Position numbers and translations under genes: made by a program
In this document: piece by piece, positions 38,673 to 52,330 of the stretch
Numbering within the stretch: position 1 is the first letter of the stretch
Layout: every line of letters starts with the position of its first letter
Notes under the pieces: model-generated
Databases searched by the model: none
The model's input: the letters and a program-made list of their open reading frames with translations, nothing else
What the model was told of the DNA's origin: nothing
Assembly: GCA_026770705.1 (NCBI GenBank)
Contig: JANJGN010000075.1
Location: forward strand, 1 to 64,000
Reading direction: 5' to 3'
Length of the DNA: 64,000 nt
Origin: Isurus oxyrinchus
Lineage: Eukaryota

Positions 38673-39166
38673 ATGCCCAGAAACTCTTGCTGCATTAGTA
38701 GTGCATACTACGAATTGAACTGAAAATCCCCACTGTTCATGCGAATTGTTCAGTCATTTCAATCAGGTTATGTCTTAACTAAATTAGTGAAATAAGAATT
38801 GCAAAATACTCAATCCCCTTCTACCCCTGATAATCCAGAGTGATTTTTTTTTAGCGCTAATGCCTGGGGTTTTGAAATGCATTCCCCTTTAATTTAATCG
38901 CTTTCGCACTGCTACTTGATTCTGCTAATGATTCATTGGAATGGCGAGCAAGCTGGAGTGCCGAATGGTCTACCCCTGCTCATATGTCTTATGTTCTTAT
39001 GTTCAATTGAAAGAAGAAAAACTGCACGTTGTCTCCAATCTCAACAGTCTCTGCAAACATTTCCCTTTATTATATCTCAATTCTTAGTGAGTTTCAATAG
39101 TTTCACTGCACAAGAAAAACTGAAAATCCATTTATGCTGTTTTTCATTCCAAGCATTTCACCACAG

Positions 39167-39433
39167 AACGGCTAACACGGCCCACTTGATGAGCCGACTG
39201 GGGTGTATTTAGAAGGCGAGACCATCGTCTCACAGTGAACAGAAAGAATCCCGCAAAAATCAACTTTTACACAGATTCTTAACTGTTTCCCTCTGAACAA
39301 ATCGTCACGAAGGACACCATTGGCTAATTCGGGTTGACAGATAGAAGCCAAGGAGGGCGGTACCAGTGCAAATAAAGAACCTCCGTCTAAAGGAGATGGT
39401 CGGAATCTGAGCCCAGTGACCCTATGAGAGCAG
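39167..39433 (+). pseudogene. LRC/LILR-like Ig-domain pseudo-exon 3
   Basis: ccacag|AA; LDEPTGVYLEGETI.. and ..DRSQGGRYQCK*..RRWSESEPSDPMRA G|gtgtgt; several stops and frameshifts. Confidence 0.85.
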
Positions 39434-40338
39434 GTGTGTGAAAGCACCATTGAATGTTAATTTGATTGTTCAATTGCTCCAGTCTTGACTCACAGAGAGG
39501 GGCTTTGTGATCACCTTTTATTTGTAACGAAACATCCTGACTACGTGGGATGACCCGTTTCCGTCAGAGTTACCAGTAATCACAGACTAAGAAATCCAAC
39601 AGAACACGCGAAGACCGCTCGGCCCGCCCGGGCTATGGCGCCTCTTTGAAAGAGTTAGACACGCTTTCCTTTTTCGCTCTTGGGAGCTGTGGGTAACTGG
39701 CAAGAGCAGAATTTAATTGCCATCTCTAATTCCTCTTGCGAAGTTAAATCAGCTCCACACCCAAGTCATTAACCACTATATCTGCAATTTTTCCCACACC
39801 AGTGATTATCCAATTCCTTGTGAAAGACACTGATTATTCTGATTCCTTCACACTGTCAGAGAGAACATTTCAATTCCCCACAAATTGCTGCGTCAGTATA
39901 ATTTTCCTGATCTCTCTTCTGGTGCCGTTGGCAAACAAATAAAAGCCATGTTATCCGATTACTCAAAATCTACCACCGAAAGCCATTGTTCCTTATTTAC
40001 TTTAAAAAATCTTTCATGATTTCGAATATCGCTATGAAATTTCCTCTTAAACTTCCCTGAACTGACGAGAAAATTTCCGGTTGGATTCATTCTCCATATA
40101 ACGGAAAGCCTCATGGCTGGAACCATCCCAGTGGGCGCCCTCCTAATTCATTGCAAAGCATTGTCATCCTTCCCAAGGTGTGGTGTGCAGAATTGGACAC
40201 AATAGTCCAACTGCTTGCTAAAAAGTGTTTAATGAAATTTTAGCATTTTTTGACTATATTCACCAAGTGAAAAGGTTAATATTTCCTTTCGGATTTTTCC
40301 TTTTACTCATGCTGCAATATTTTTCCTTTCTAATTCAG

Positions 40339-40629
40339 GTCTGCCAAAACCAAATATATCAGTGGATACTGACGTTGTTGTTAAGGGTGGTGAAGTCACG
40401 TTTAACTGCACAGGCCCCCGGGGTTTTCAGTTCATCAAATTGTACTTATACAAGCGAGGGAAAGAGAATTATTCAGATATCTAATATACCTGGTGGCCGG
40501 TACAAACCTTTACCATGGCGAAAGTGGGTTACGCTAAAGGAGGGATTTTCTTCTTCCTGTATGACATGGACGTAAATGAAAGGCTGATAACTTTGGCTCT
40601 GAGTGGCTCTGTGTATTTCAGTCCAAGAG
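40339..40629 (+). pseudogene. LRC/LILR-like Ig-domain pseudo-exon 4
   Basis: ttcag|GT, 291 nt, phase 1/1: GLPKPNISVDTDVVVKGGEVTFNCTGPRGFQFIKLYLYKRGKENYSDI*...GGIFFFLY.. G|gtgaat. One stop; second Cys replaced by Phe. Confidence 0.85.
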
Positions 40630-40851
40630 GTGAATGAGATTCATGCAGTCACTGTGTTTATTCAAGTCCCGCTCCTTTTCTGTTTCAATATCGAGCTGCA
40701 TCAGGTGTCGTACCAATATATTATCTGTGTTTGACAATATTATGCAGGAATAAAACAACAGAACCTGGCCTCATTAACTTTGCAGTTAGAATGAAACAAA
40801 CGTTCAATAACCGATTGCACAATGGATCAAATCATAAATGAAGGTATTAAT

Positions 40852-42028
40852 TGTTACAACCACGGGAGCACGGGTAAAAGTGACATCTTTATTCCCCCGT
40901 TCGAGGTTTGACTGTAACAATATTTGTAAATTTAGTGAAGATATGCTTTGCCAATAAATTAGGATCTCACTTAATATGCTTTCGAATTATAAAATGTTAC
41001 CTCAACATGCTTTCTGAGGTTAAACAAACACAAGGTTTATATATTTAAATAATCCCCGTTTTTGCAACACACTAGCAAAATTGCAAACTCTATTCATACG
41101 TCAAACACACCCGTGGCACACACAGAGTCCAGAGACCGACGCACACTCCACAGGCTCACACACATTCCCGAGACCGGCACGCACTCCAGAGGTCCCCCTA
41201 CACACACACCCGAGCCGGATCACCACCCACCACCCCTCACCCCCATCACCCCACCCCCCCCCCCCCCCCCCCCCCCCCAGCCCCCGCCCCAGACACACAG
41301 ACGCACTAGTATAATTGCTGGTATAAAAGCAGTGTTTTAAGGCATGTTTCTCAGTTCGTGAAGTAGGTAAAAATAATGTCTATAATGTTAAGTGTGCTTT
41401 AGCTGGCCTCGATGATGTGATTCCACTTGAGGCCGTCTTGTTCGATTGTCGTCCTGGATGTAGTTCTATGGAGCAGATTTCAACGTATTATTTAATAGGA
41501 GTCTCTGTTTGCAGTAGATTTCCCTTCTCCGCATGGTTATTTTGCTAATTTTGGTACATTAATTGCAAGAGAAAGAAAGCGGCAGACAGAGATAAAGCAA
41601 ACAGGTATTCCAGACTGTTTCAGTTTCGCATTCCATTCTCCCAACTCATCTTCCTGGCTTGGTAATCAGTTCTTAAAGTCCTCCTGATTGTCCATTTCAC
41701 AGGAATACGGTGAATCCATGTCTACTGTGGTCATTGTGTTTCACGCAGGCAACTGAATTTTGATGCATGATCTCAGAAACATTTGAAAATTTTAAAGAGA
41801 GTGTGAATGTCAATGGTAGATTGGGTCTTTCGCAATCGCCCGATGTTCTGGGTGCCTGTTCCTGCTTCATGTCACTTGAGTAAATTGCAAGCTTGAATAA
41901 TCTAGCCGGCTGGCGTTCCACCATTGTCTTACTGGCATTGCAGTGTATTGGGATTAAAAATGAGGCCAGAAAAAAAGAGTAAAATATAAATTATGTATTA
42001 ACCAAATATAAAAAACTTCTTCGTAACG
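40852..42028. mobile_element. Candidate solo LTR (Gypsy-like)
   Basis: Termini TGTTAC...GTAACG (inverted; terminal CA altered to CG) with a perfect 4-bp TSD taat on both sides. Confidence 0.65.
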
Positions 42029-45000
42029 TAATGAATAATTCAATGAAGTAAATAACCAATGAGGAAATGTGACAAGGAGAACATGACGGAATCAATCATT
42101 CAATCTATGGAAGAGTGTGGAACATTGTTAATTAACCAATGGCTCAATAAAATAACGTATCAGTGACACATCACTTGGATGGCACTACCTTTAGCCGCAC
42201 TTAATGATTTGGTTTGTTGCATGATTGCAAGATGTGCTCCAATTCCGTTGTTATTTATTTGCCAGGAACAAAGGGGGCTGTTTTCTGTCATATGGTTTGT
42301 TTATTCTTCGTATTACGTTGTTGATGAATGACTGTCTCTTTAATAAAACCCTATACCAGATACATTCTCCTTAAAACAAACAGACATCGGATACATTTAA
42401 AAATATTTCTTAAAATATTCTGCTTATTACAATTTTCCTTGATTTTTTTTCAAAGTTGACAAGGCATTCGCTATCCAGTGCACCTGGAAATCTTTGATCA
42501 AACAAGTGCAGCAGAATCAAAGGGTATGTAAGTTACAGAATTATTTCCATAAAACTGCACTAAACAGAGAGAAAGAGTGAGTAAGGGAGATAGAGAGAGA
42601 GAGAGAGAGAGAGAAATAGAGGTGATCTGGTCAATCATTGAAGACTGCATTCATCTCAAACTGATGATTTGTTGGTGTTGTGCACCCACTCTGTCCTATT
42701 ATTATGCGTCCTAAAGCTCAAAGAGCAGGGCGCTGTGTGAAAGAATTTGAAAAGTGTAGGGGAAGGTTTAAATTGGTAACTGGTCCTTTTAAGCATAATC
42801 ACCTTATTTTTTCTAAATTTCGGCTCGGAATCCTAAAACCTGAGAGAAGTGAAAAAAAGACTTTCAGGCGGAATGGATTCAGTTCAGTGCTGTTTTGCTG
42901 AGGAGAGCAAGGATGCCCCAGCTTAATGTCACGATTATTGCTGTCGCCTCCATTTCTGATGATGGATGAGAGAGTCTTGGAGCAAGATGGGGGAGAACTC
43001 AGTTTAATGATTACCAGCTGTAATGCAACTCTAATTCTCCATCACAAAAAACACTACCGTGTTCACTTGCTGCACAAAACAACAGGGTGCGCTCATCTGA
43101 GGTTCCTGCTGAAGTCCTCTATTTTGATTTTATTTGCTATGTTTTTATTGTGGAAGTCATGAGGTTGATTCTAGAGTGTTTTAAATGGATGCCTGGAGAT
43201 GGAATTGAGGAACGATCCCCCACCACCCCACCCCCCCATCCTCCCCAACCCCCACCCCCAGATTGTGATTACCTGACCACAATGAATGACAAACTCCCAA
43301 CGACAAAAATATTTCAGGTTGTTCTTCCTGCTTTATAGGCTATTGTAGGCTATTAAACACGTGATCATTGTTTAACTTACAAAGGTTAACATTTTCTACT
43401 ATGCAGCAACCACATCCATATCTCACTACATGTTGTACAAAACTCAGAGCTGTTGCTTTAACTGTGGTGACCTCTTCACTGCCTCCCAGCCTCTGCTTCC
43501 TCTCTCATTCAATGCTTCCTGGTTTGAAGTTCTGAGCCTTGAAGGAAGGAAGGCAGCCACCTTTCTTTCCAACTCTCATCTCTCGAAGCAGCTGGGACAG
43601 GAGCATGGAGATAAGCATTTCGATAATGTTCTTTGGTGAGTCTTCAAGCATTATTGCACCGGCTGTACTGGGTTTCTGGTCTGTATGGTGGCTGAGTGGG
43701 TAACTAGCGCAGGGAGAATGGGACTGAGGGCAACAACTGGTTTGATGTGCATTGTATCAGGTTTCATTAGCGGAGCAGAAATTGACTGTGTTGAATTCAC
43801 CGTGAGGAACGGTGTAGGAGGTGAATTTGTTTTTACTTTTTGGGAGATGTGAGCGATTTAGATCGGAGCAGAGAACAGAAAGCGTGTCTGCTGCTGAGGG
43901 TTACCTCCTGGCCCCGTTTCCAGGCGTCGCTAAGTGGATGACTGCTGAGGATACTGTCAGCGTCTTGTTTCATAACTTCTGTAATCAGCCTGTTTGACTG
44001 GAAAATAGGGACCGAGCTCAGAAACCAAACAATGTCATACCACCGAAGGACAAGGCAGAGAGGCATTTGCCCTAGAACTGTGTTGAAGGCAAAGCTTCCT
44101 CTTTCGGTTAAGGGAGAGGACATGATGCAGAACCAAACACTAACGCTGCTGTTTGTGTCGGATTGTGTCGGTCACTAGTTCAGCCGGTTAACTGGAATGA
44201 TCCCCAGTGGCCCTGAATTGAATTGAATATAGGCCTATCCGTATTGGAGAAACGGTGATTGTTACCAGAAATGAAACTCTTCAATGAAGTTGGGAGACTA
44301 GAGAAATGTGTTTTTCTTTTCTTTCTGTTCTCCTCTCGTTTTAGGACAGTGAAGGTTAAGGAGGAACCTGACAGGTGTATTCATAAATCTATTGATATTT
44401 GATAAACTGCACAGGGAGATATTATATCATTTCGCAAACAGGTCTGTAATTATCAATGAATGAGTTAAAACTTCTGGGTGAAGGGCAATTAGCAGTGACA
44501 TTCTCATATTGAGGATTAAATTGATCAGGAATGGTCTAACTGTAGGAATGCGGAAAGCAGATTCGACCAGAACATTGAGAAAGTATTTAAACAGTAGTTT
44601 TTAATTACGGACATTAAGTTCGGATATGTGGGGGAATTTGGACAACTGTTTAAGAAAGCAAGAATAAGTAGGATGGACGAATGGCCTCCTTCTGTCATGT
44701 AATATGTCAAAATCCTCTTCTACGTTAAAGCAATATTTGAGGTTCAACATTCACCTTTCACTGTGTTACTGATCTCCAACAAGCGGACATACCGCCCCTA
44801 CCATTGGGCATAATTTCCCTGATTCACTTACAGGATCTCGGTCAATATTCACTCCGTTATCCTTTCTCTTTGCTGTTCCACTTGGATGCGCGCATGCGCA
44901 GTTCGAAGGTGAAGCTCTGCCTTGAACCCTTTCAGTGCCTGCACTGAAACATGAGCACATAATGCTGTGGGTTCCTGCAGGGCGGCCCACGTATATCGCC

Positions 45001-47479
45001 TCTTGGGAGTAAGCACCTTCAGGAGACATAGAGACAAATGGGAGAAGGGATGTCGTTAAAGTCCGTGAGAACACCCCGCCGCTCCCCGTCCTAACCGCGC
45101 CCAAGGGAAAAGCATGTCCCGCTTTCTTTGAACCTGCACTTCTGCAAGTTAGAAATACTGATTTCGACAATACAGCCTTTGTTGTTGGCACTGTTGCTGC
45201 ATCGCTGACCATTTTCCACTTTTCTGATTCCTTTTCAAAACTGAAACTGAATTTGAGGCGCTTTTCGATATTTGTGGTTGAATTTGAGACTAAAGCCTGG
45301 ACGCCTCAACATTGCTGGAGAGCACACATCTTAAAATTATACAGCAAATGGCATGTTTTTCAAAGACAGTGTGTCAGATATCTTTCATCCCAGGGGCAAT
45401 CCCACACTGGAATAAACTGTCAAAGGAAATAGTCACAGCTCCCCCACTTGGAAACCTCAAGATCTATCTTCAGTAAATTTTCAGTGTAAAATTTTCATTA
45501 TCAGTATTACCATTTCAGAAAGACATGCCTTCTTTTGCTACTTCTATCTGTACAAATGTTGGGGGACTATGGAACTTTTCCATTACTCTGTGATGTGAGC
45601 GCACGTAAAGCAGAAACATGATTCAGGCTGAGTGGAATTTTCAGAAATTCTGTGCACTCCACTACCCCTTTCAGTCTGCTGGAGTTCAACCTTTTACTGA
45701 AATCTAGATCTGCACTGTGGATGGACGTTAATGTCCTCAAACTGTGTTCCAGCTCCCTTGATGCTCAGAGTTAATCTCTGAATCTCCCCATTTCCAACCA
45801 TCCGTTTGCAAAAATGAAGCGTGGTGTGCTTGGAAACTCCATTCTCTATTCAATTTTTGCCCGAATTGTTCATCGTTCTTTATAGCTTAGGAGGCCATGA
45901 GGGGAATTATAAAATATTTCAACTGATGCCACATGTCTAGTAAACGAGAAGAAATTCTATTGATTCTACTTCAATGTTGTGGCCTAATAGTAATTAACTT
46001 GTGAGCGTCGATTGGTGTCATAGCTGAAGGACTCTTGCAGTATATTTTAATTCAATTTGGTTATGCACGTCCATGGTTCTCATGCACTGTTCTTCTCACT
46101 TGCCCGATTTCCATTAAGAGGAGATGCTGCCGAGACCAATCAGCCCACATCTCCGAGACAACTGATGGAAGCCAAATGTTGTGACACAACCACTGAATAT
46201 TTCCTCCAAGCAAGGGAGCGAGCATGCTCTGTTGGAATGTGAAGTTCCTCCAGAATCACCACTGACTTCAGGTCAAACAACCCACTCTGTGTCTGGAGAC
46301 AACAATGAACAAAAGGCTGGAGGAGTAGTTTGAGTAGGCGTGGGTTTGCATTTGTGAATCAGCGTCCTCGGGACGATAAGATCAAACTGAGGGGGAGAAT
46401 ATTTTCCATCAGCTGGAAGCATTGTAATACATTTATTTTGAGAGATCCGTTTGCTTCTGAGTCACTGACCTTACTGCCAGTAGCTCATTTCCTCTTTCTT
46501 TGTAGTGAAGCTCCCTCGAGTTGAAACCACTGACTTCCTCTATGATGCTAAGTGCTGTTACTATCCCCTGTAACACAGATCATTATCAGCATCTTTGCTG
46601 ATTTGTCTATCTCGTTGCCTTCCTGTCATCGAATTCTAGGTGTTTTGTGATATTCTGCAGCGTGTGTATGTTGTTGGTATGTCTCTAGTGGAGTAGTCAG
46701 CCTTCAGGTCTGGGTCTTTCCATTAACTCCACTTCCTCGTTCACCCAGCTACGTAGGAGCATAACACTGAGATATGGATCTGCAGAATGAGCGGAGACTA
46801 ATATCGCTCAAGGAAAGCAGGACTTCAGCTTTCTCCTATCCTTAGAATCCATCTCTCAATCTCCATCTTTAAAAACCCAAAATGCCACCATCAACAGCTC
46901 ATCCATTCCAGAATGGAACTCCAGCACTTGCAGTAGAAAATCTGTTTCGTGATTTCAAAAGAAGTTCCATATATGAGCATATATTCCACCCAGCTGTTTT
47001 CAACCGTCCTTCAGTCAAGGGTTCACTCAGTCCAAAATGTATGTGATTTTTAAAAATTCGTTTTGTAAACTACGAATCTTCTGGAAATAACGTCTAAGAG
47101 TGAATAATTTGATTGGCCTTTCAAAGACACATTGATGGCTGGCTTATCTGTATTTCAAAGGAACATGGAAGCAGGAAGAGGCCATTCAGCTGCATTGCCT
47201 TTCAATTAGTTTATGGCTGATCCTCTACCACACCGCCATTTTCGTCCACTATCTACATAACGTTTGCATCTTCTGAACCACTCAAACTATCGATGTCTGT
47301 TTAAAGATGCTCAATGAATGAACCCCCTCAGCCGTCTGGGGTAGAGAATTACAAAGAGTCACCCTCCTCTGGGTGAATAAATTCCTCCTTATCCATGTCC
47401 AAAAGAACCCGCCACCCACCCCAACTTAGGGGGAGGGGTGCAGGCAATGAGGCCAGTGGCAAGCCATTTTAATATTCGT

Positions 47480-47790
47480 TTCCAGCTCGGTCAGCATTTA
47501 TAGCTCATCCTTATTTGCCCTTGTTCAGAGGGCATTTAAGAGTCAACTACACCATTACGGATCTGCAGTCTCATGTCGGCCGGACAAGGTGAGGACTACA
47601 GATTTCCGTCCCTGAATGACATTAATGTACCAGGTGTATTTTTCCTACATGGTTTCATTTTCATCATTACACTTCCAACTACCGATTTACAATGAATTGA
47701 AATTTCACAATTTGCCATGATGGGAATGGAACCAGGGTCCACAAAGCATTATCCTGGGTTTGTGCATTACTAGTCCAGTGACAATACAGC
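47480..47790 (-). mobile_element. HE1-like SINE with tRNA-derived head
   Basis: Reverse strand begins gtattgtcactggactagtaat..cccagg.taatgc, followed by the HE1 body and tail. Confidence 0.75.
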
Positions 47791-48994
47791 GCCCCCACTC
47801 CCCCCCACAAATCACTGCGTGAATAGCTGGAATGATCCGTTCATTTCTACTTTCTATTTTCTATCTGAAAACGTTTCTCAATTCATGCCAATTTATTAAC
47901 CCAATGCCATTCGCACTGTTTTTTGTCCAGAATATATTGTTTTGGAGCTTGTCAAAAGCCGTGTGAAAAATCAGATGCAACACACCCAGGGGTTCTCCTT
48001 TATCGATCCTTCAAGTTACACCACTTACTAATCTCCAGCAATTTTGTCAAACATGATTTCTCTTTCATAATTCCACCTTGGCTCCGCACAACATTGGAGG
48101 TCTGCAGAGAGGTCTCGAATTTTACGGCCCTATCTTTGTTGAAGTTAGAGAATTTCATTAATTAAAAAGGTTAACACATATCAAAAGATTATAACAATGC
48201 GTTTCCATTTCATACTTTAATGCCATTCGTTCAGTTGCATCTGCTGCATTCCACTGTTCCCTTGCTCCCCACTTTTAGTCTCCTGGGCGTTCTCTCTTCC
48301 CTTAAACCTGATGCTCAGGCTTGAGAATATGAGTCCCCTGTCCTGACATACATATCCATCGTGGGGTTAGTTTTGCAGCCTTCCATGCCTTCATTCTCAG
48401 TGAACAGCTGGCAAGCTCCACTGCCTCTCAGACGTTAAACCAGCTGAAATAATGACTTTCCAGTCGATTCTGGTGCGTTCATACCTTCACAGAACTGCAT
48501 TGTGCCTGACATTACCCTTCAATTTAACCAATTGTGTTAGTGCAATGTCCCCAAATGCATCCAGACATTGGGATGCTGGAAGTTGCTTGTAAAATATTGA
48601 ATAAATGTCTGTGTTTAACAGACTTGAAATCAGTTTTGATGATAATGGATGCCTGTGAATGAGCAGCTGCTGCTGTTGCCCTCAGGAAGGTGGCACTCTT
48701 GGAACGGATCAATTAAATTTAAGTTTGAATTCATCTCAAAATATGTTCACAATATATTTCTATTCAGTGTGTTCAAACAGGATCGTCACTCTGATGTACT
48801 GTTCTTGCTGTGAGGGTTAAATTTCACTTGATCAGAAGTGAAGGGCTCCGAAGCTGAAAGCAGAGGTTTCAAGTTTTCTGTCACTACACCCCTAACATCC
48901 ATTGAAATAATTTGCATTTACAGCAAAGAAACAAATCATGCAGCTCAAAAGTGGCATGTTGTTCATGATACTCCGCACCATCCTCTTACACTCA

Positions 48995-49125
48995 CCCAAT
49001 TGGTCTGAAGAAGGTTCATACGGACCCGAAACTTTAACTCTGTTTTACACTCCACAGGTCTGCTGAGTTTTTCCAGAATTTACTATTTTTGTTTCAGATT
49101 TCCAGCATCCACAGTATTTTGCTTT
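48995..49125 (+). mobile_element. Older Penelope-derived terminal fragment with canonical-core hammerhead remnant
   Basis: CTGAAGA-A-GGTTC(ATACG)GACCC-GAAAC at 49005-49032, followed by ctgctgagtttttccag..gatttccagcatcc. Confidence 0.7.
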
Positions 49126-50829
49126 AATCCTCCTCCCATCCTGGTTTTCCAACATTCTCACCACTTCCTCGTTATGTTTTTCTCCCACCTGTTTCCCAAC
49201 AACTTTCCCTTAAAAGGCATCAATTCTGTTGGCCTCAACAGCTCCATAATGTGCCATGTTCCCTATTCTGTCCACTCCCTGGTTCAAGAGATATCTCCTG
49301 AATTTCACATTGCATATGTTGAAGTACTTTCTGATCTTTCAGATTTATAGCGAGATGCTGGTGCGTCTGTGACATGACTTGGAAAATAGTGAATTTATCC
49401 TTTGGAAAAGGGAGTCAGTTGGTAGCCTGGTTAGCCCTGGATGTCCTGTGTGACTACCAATCAGTTCAATGCTCCAAAGACACAGAAACGGAACATCGGA
49501 CAGGTGTTAGGACACAGCTGCTGATTATTCTGTGATATTTGCTCCGTGCTGTGAAGTGGGAATGCACGGAAGGAGGGTGAGGATCAAAGAGTTAGGAAAC
49601 GTTCAAAAGGCCTGTAGGCCTCTGTCACCACTATGGTCCCCTGGCCAAGTCATCAAATCAATTTCTGCTTTCAATCTGGTTCAGATAACGTGGTGGGTAA
49701 TTCAGCGTGGGCGGATTTCATTCAGCAATGAGCATCATCGGATTATTTGGAAAGTTAAATTCGAGGAAAACAATTGATCACAAGTAGGGCATATTCTGAT
49801 AAATTTATTTTGAGGTATTCTGTCACTTTAAACTCATTGTCATCACCGACAGTGACTATGTTCCTGATTCTTTGAACTGAAGCTCCTCCAAGTTGAAACC
49901 ACTCCCTTCCACTCTAACGCCTCAGTGTTATTAGTATCATCTTAAATAATGAACACTTTCAGAATGTTTGCTCATTTTGCAGTCAAGTTCCCAGTTTTCA
50001 GCTTGTTTGAATATACTTTGGGTTAATAGTGAGCCGGTGTCTATACTGCCGGTACTACTAAAGACTTCCAATGAATAATTCAGGCAGCGTTTCCATTTGG
50101 AAACTTGAATTAACTCTACTTCCTCATTCAGTCTGCTGAGGCTGAGCACATCACTGAGACAGAGCTCTGCAGGGTGGGCGGAGGTTCATGACCAACAGTG
50201 CTTCGGTCTATTTTTGTGTGCAGAATTCAACTCTGAATCACCATATTCCATTGTTTCAATTCCACTGTCAATAGCTCAATCTGTTCAATATTGGAGCTCT
50301 GCCGCTGGAACTCGCAGGGCGTTTCTTGGTCTGGACGCATGTGGGGATCTGTAATGATGCTCAGTGTTTGCTCACATATACCACCCAGCAGCCCCCTTTG
50401 ACTGTCACTGAAGCTTTCATTCGGTCAGTAAATGAATATTTTGTCGATTGTTAAAACTTATTTCAATTGAGATCTGTCACTGGGCCAAAGGTGATACATT
50501 GGTGATCGCCATTGATTGTTGATCATATTTTCAAATGGACACCCAAAAAAGCAAATCTGATTTCCCTCATATAAACATTATACCAGAGGAGGTCATGAGG
50601 CCCATATTTTCGTTTCTGCATTTTTAAGTGCTGTCAAATACGGTCCAATATCCCAATTTTATTTTTGCAAAGATACAAATTAGTACTAGTGAAACACATG
50701 TGCATCTTAGTAAAGTTCATATGGAAATATCTTGCGACAGAATTCTTTTGTTCCTCTCACAACGTTAACCATTCCTTCCATTTCTAAGGCCAGATGTAAG
50801 TACATTAGATAAATAGCTCAATATAAATA

Positions 50830-52330
50830 GGAGCAGGAATAGTGCATTCAGCCTTCGAGCCTGCTCCACCATTCAGTGAGAAAGTGGCTGATCAAATTAT
50901 GGCCTTCAGTCTACTTCTCACATACATCATGATGTCCTGGGAGACCTCAGGCTTGAAGACATTAATTGCCCAAGCCTCCACTACTCTCTGATGAAGATAA
51001 CTCCAGGGGAAACAAATTCCTCATAGACTACGTTTAACTGGGAGAATCTTTCTTTGTAAACTGTACCCCCTAGCTCTCTGTCCCCCTACATATGAACGTT
51101 TTGTTAGTACCTCAGCTGTAAAACACACAGTGCCTTGTATGCTTCCATGCGATCATCCCCCATGTTTCTAAGCACGATAGAGAATAGGCCCATTCTACTC
51201 AGCTTTTGCTGAAGGAAATCTCCTTGGCCCAGCTATCAAGGGAAGTTGCGTGAGCTGCTCCTATGCAAGCAGATGCTTCCTTACATTAGGAGATCTATAT
51301 TGTAGACAATACTCTTGTTGTGGCCTCACGAATGCTCTGTACATTTGCAGCGAGATTCGCTACATTTCAAGTCAATCTACTTTGCCCAAAACTGTCCATA
51401 TTTCAAAGTCTTTCATCGGTCGTTTTGTACATTCATTATAATCCTCTGTGATTCATGTACAAGAGTACCCAGATCCCTCTCTACCAGGTTGTTTGCGGTC
51501 TTTCCTCATTGTAATCATTATTCTGTGTTTTTCAATTTTTTTCCACTAGGTGGAAAAGTTCACATTTTCCCAGGTCTTCTCCAAATGATATAATTGATGG
51601 CCAGTCACTCAGCTGCTTTTATGCTTTGCAGGCTCACTGCATCATCATCACAACGTGCTTTCCTGCCTACCTTTGCATCCTTACAGACTGGGTTACAGTG
51701 CAGCCCCGGTCCATCAGTCAAGCATTCATATTGTTGGTAAATGCCAATCCTCTACACTTGGCCATGTATCACTCAGAAGACCAAAAGCTCTTATTTTGTG
51801 CCACTTTTGTTAATGTAGCGAATTACGGTTTACAAATCCGAATGCACAACATCTACAGTTTCCCATTTTTCCAGTCTGCTTGTTTCATCCTCAAAGAGCA
51901 TCTACGTTTGCAAAACACGATCCCTCTTAAATCATCATGTTGACTCCTCCTGATTATCGTATCATTTTCTAAACACCCTGCTAGCAATTTCTTAATAATC
52001 AACTCTCCAAGGTTCCTTGATATTTCTTGTTTTCCTACTTTTTAGAATATGGTTTTTACAATTGCCATTTTCCAAGCAGCTGGGAACTTTCCAGAATCAA
52101 GGGGAGATTAGAGGATTTCAACCAATGCATCCACTATCACTGCTGTCCCAGCTTTTATGAGCCCAGGGTGCAGGCCATCAATTCGAGGAGACTTGTCAGT
52201 CTTTAGTTCCATCGGTGCTACCTATACTTATTCTCCAGTAATTGTGCTTGTTCTAGCTTCCTCCTTCTTGATTGCCTTCCATGACATTTCTTTGCCTTCT
52301 ACTGCGGATACAGATTTTAAAATATGTGTT
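50830..52330 (-). mobile_element. Degenerate CR1-clade LINE (paralog of 130-1720)
   Basis: Minus strand DKSP..DGLHP..SLDSGKFPAAWK remnants; 3' tail at ~50830. Confidence 0.75.

Larger units (their letters stand above)
42680..52330 (-). repeat. Right arm of old inverted segmental duplication
   Basis: Reverse complement is collinear with ~100-16450, minus the left-arm tandem copies; e.g. catcatgtcctctcccttaa at ~14966 vs ~44108-44127. Confidence 0.85.

Noticed and set aside
41081-41340. Proline-rich ORFs
   Set aside because: Produced by poly-C and CA tracts within the LTR-like element.
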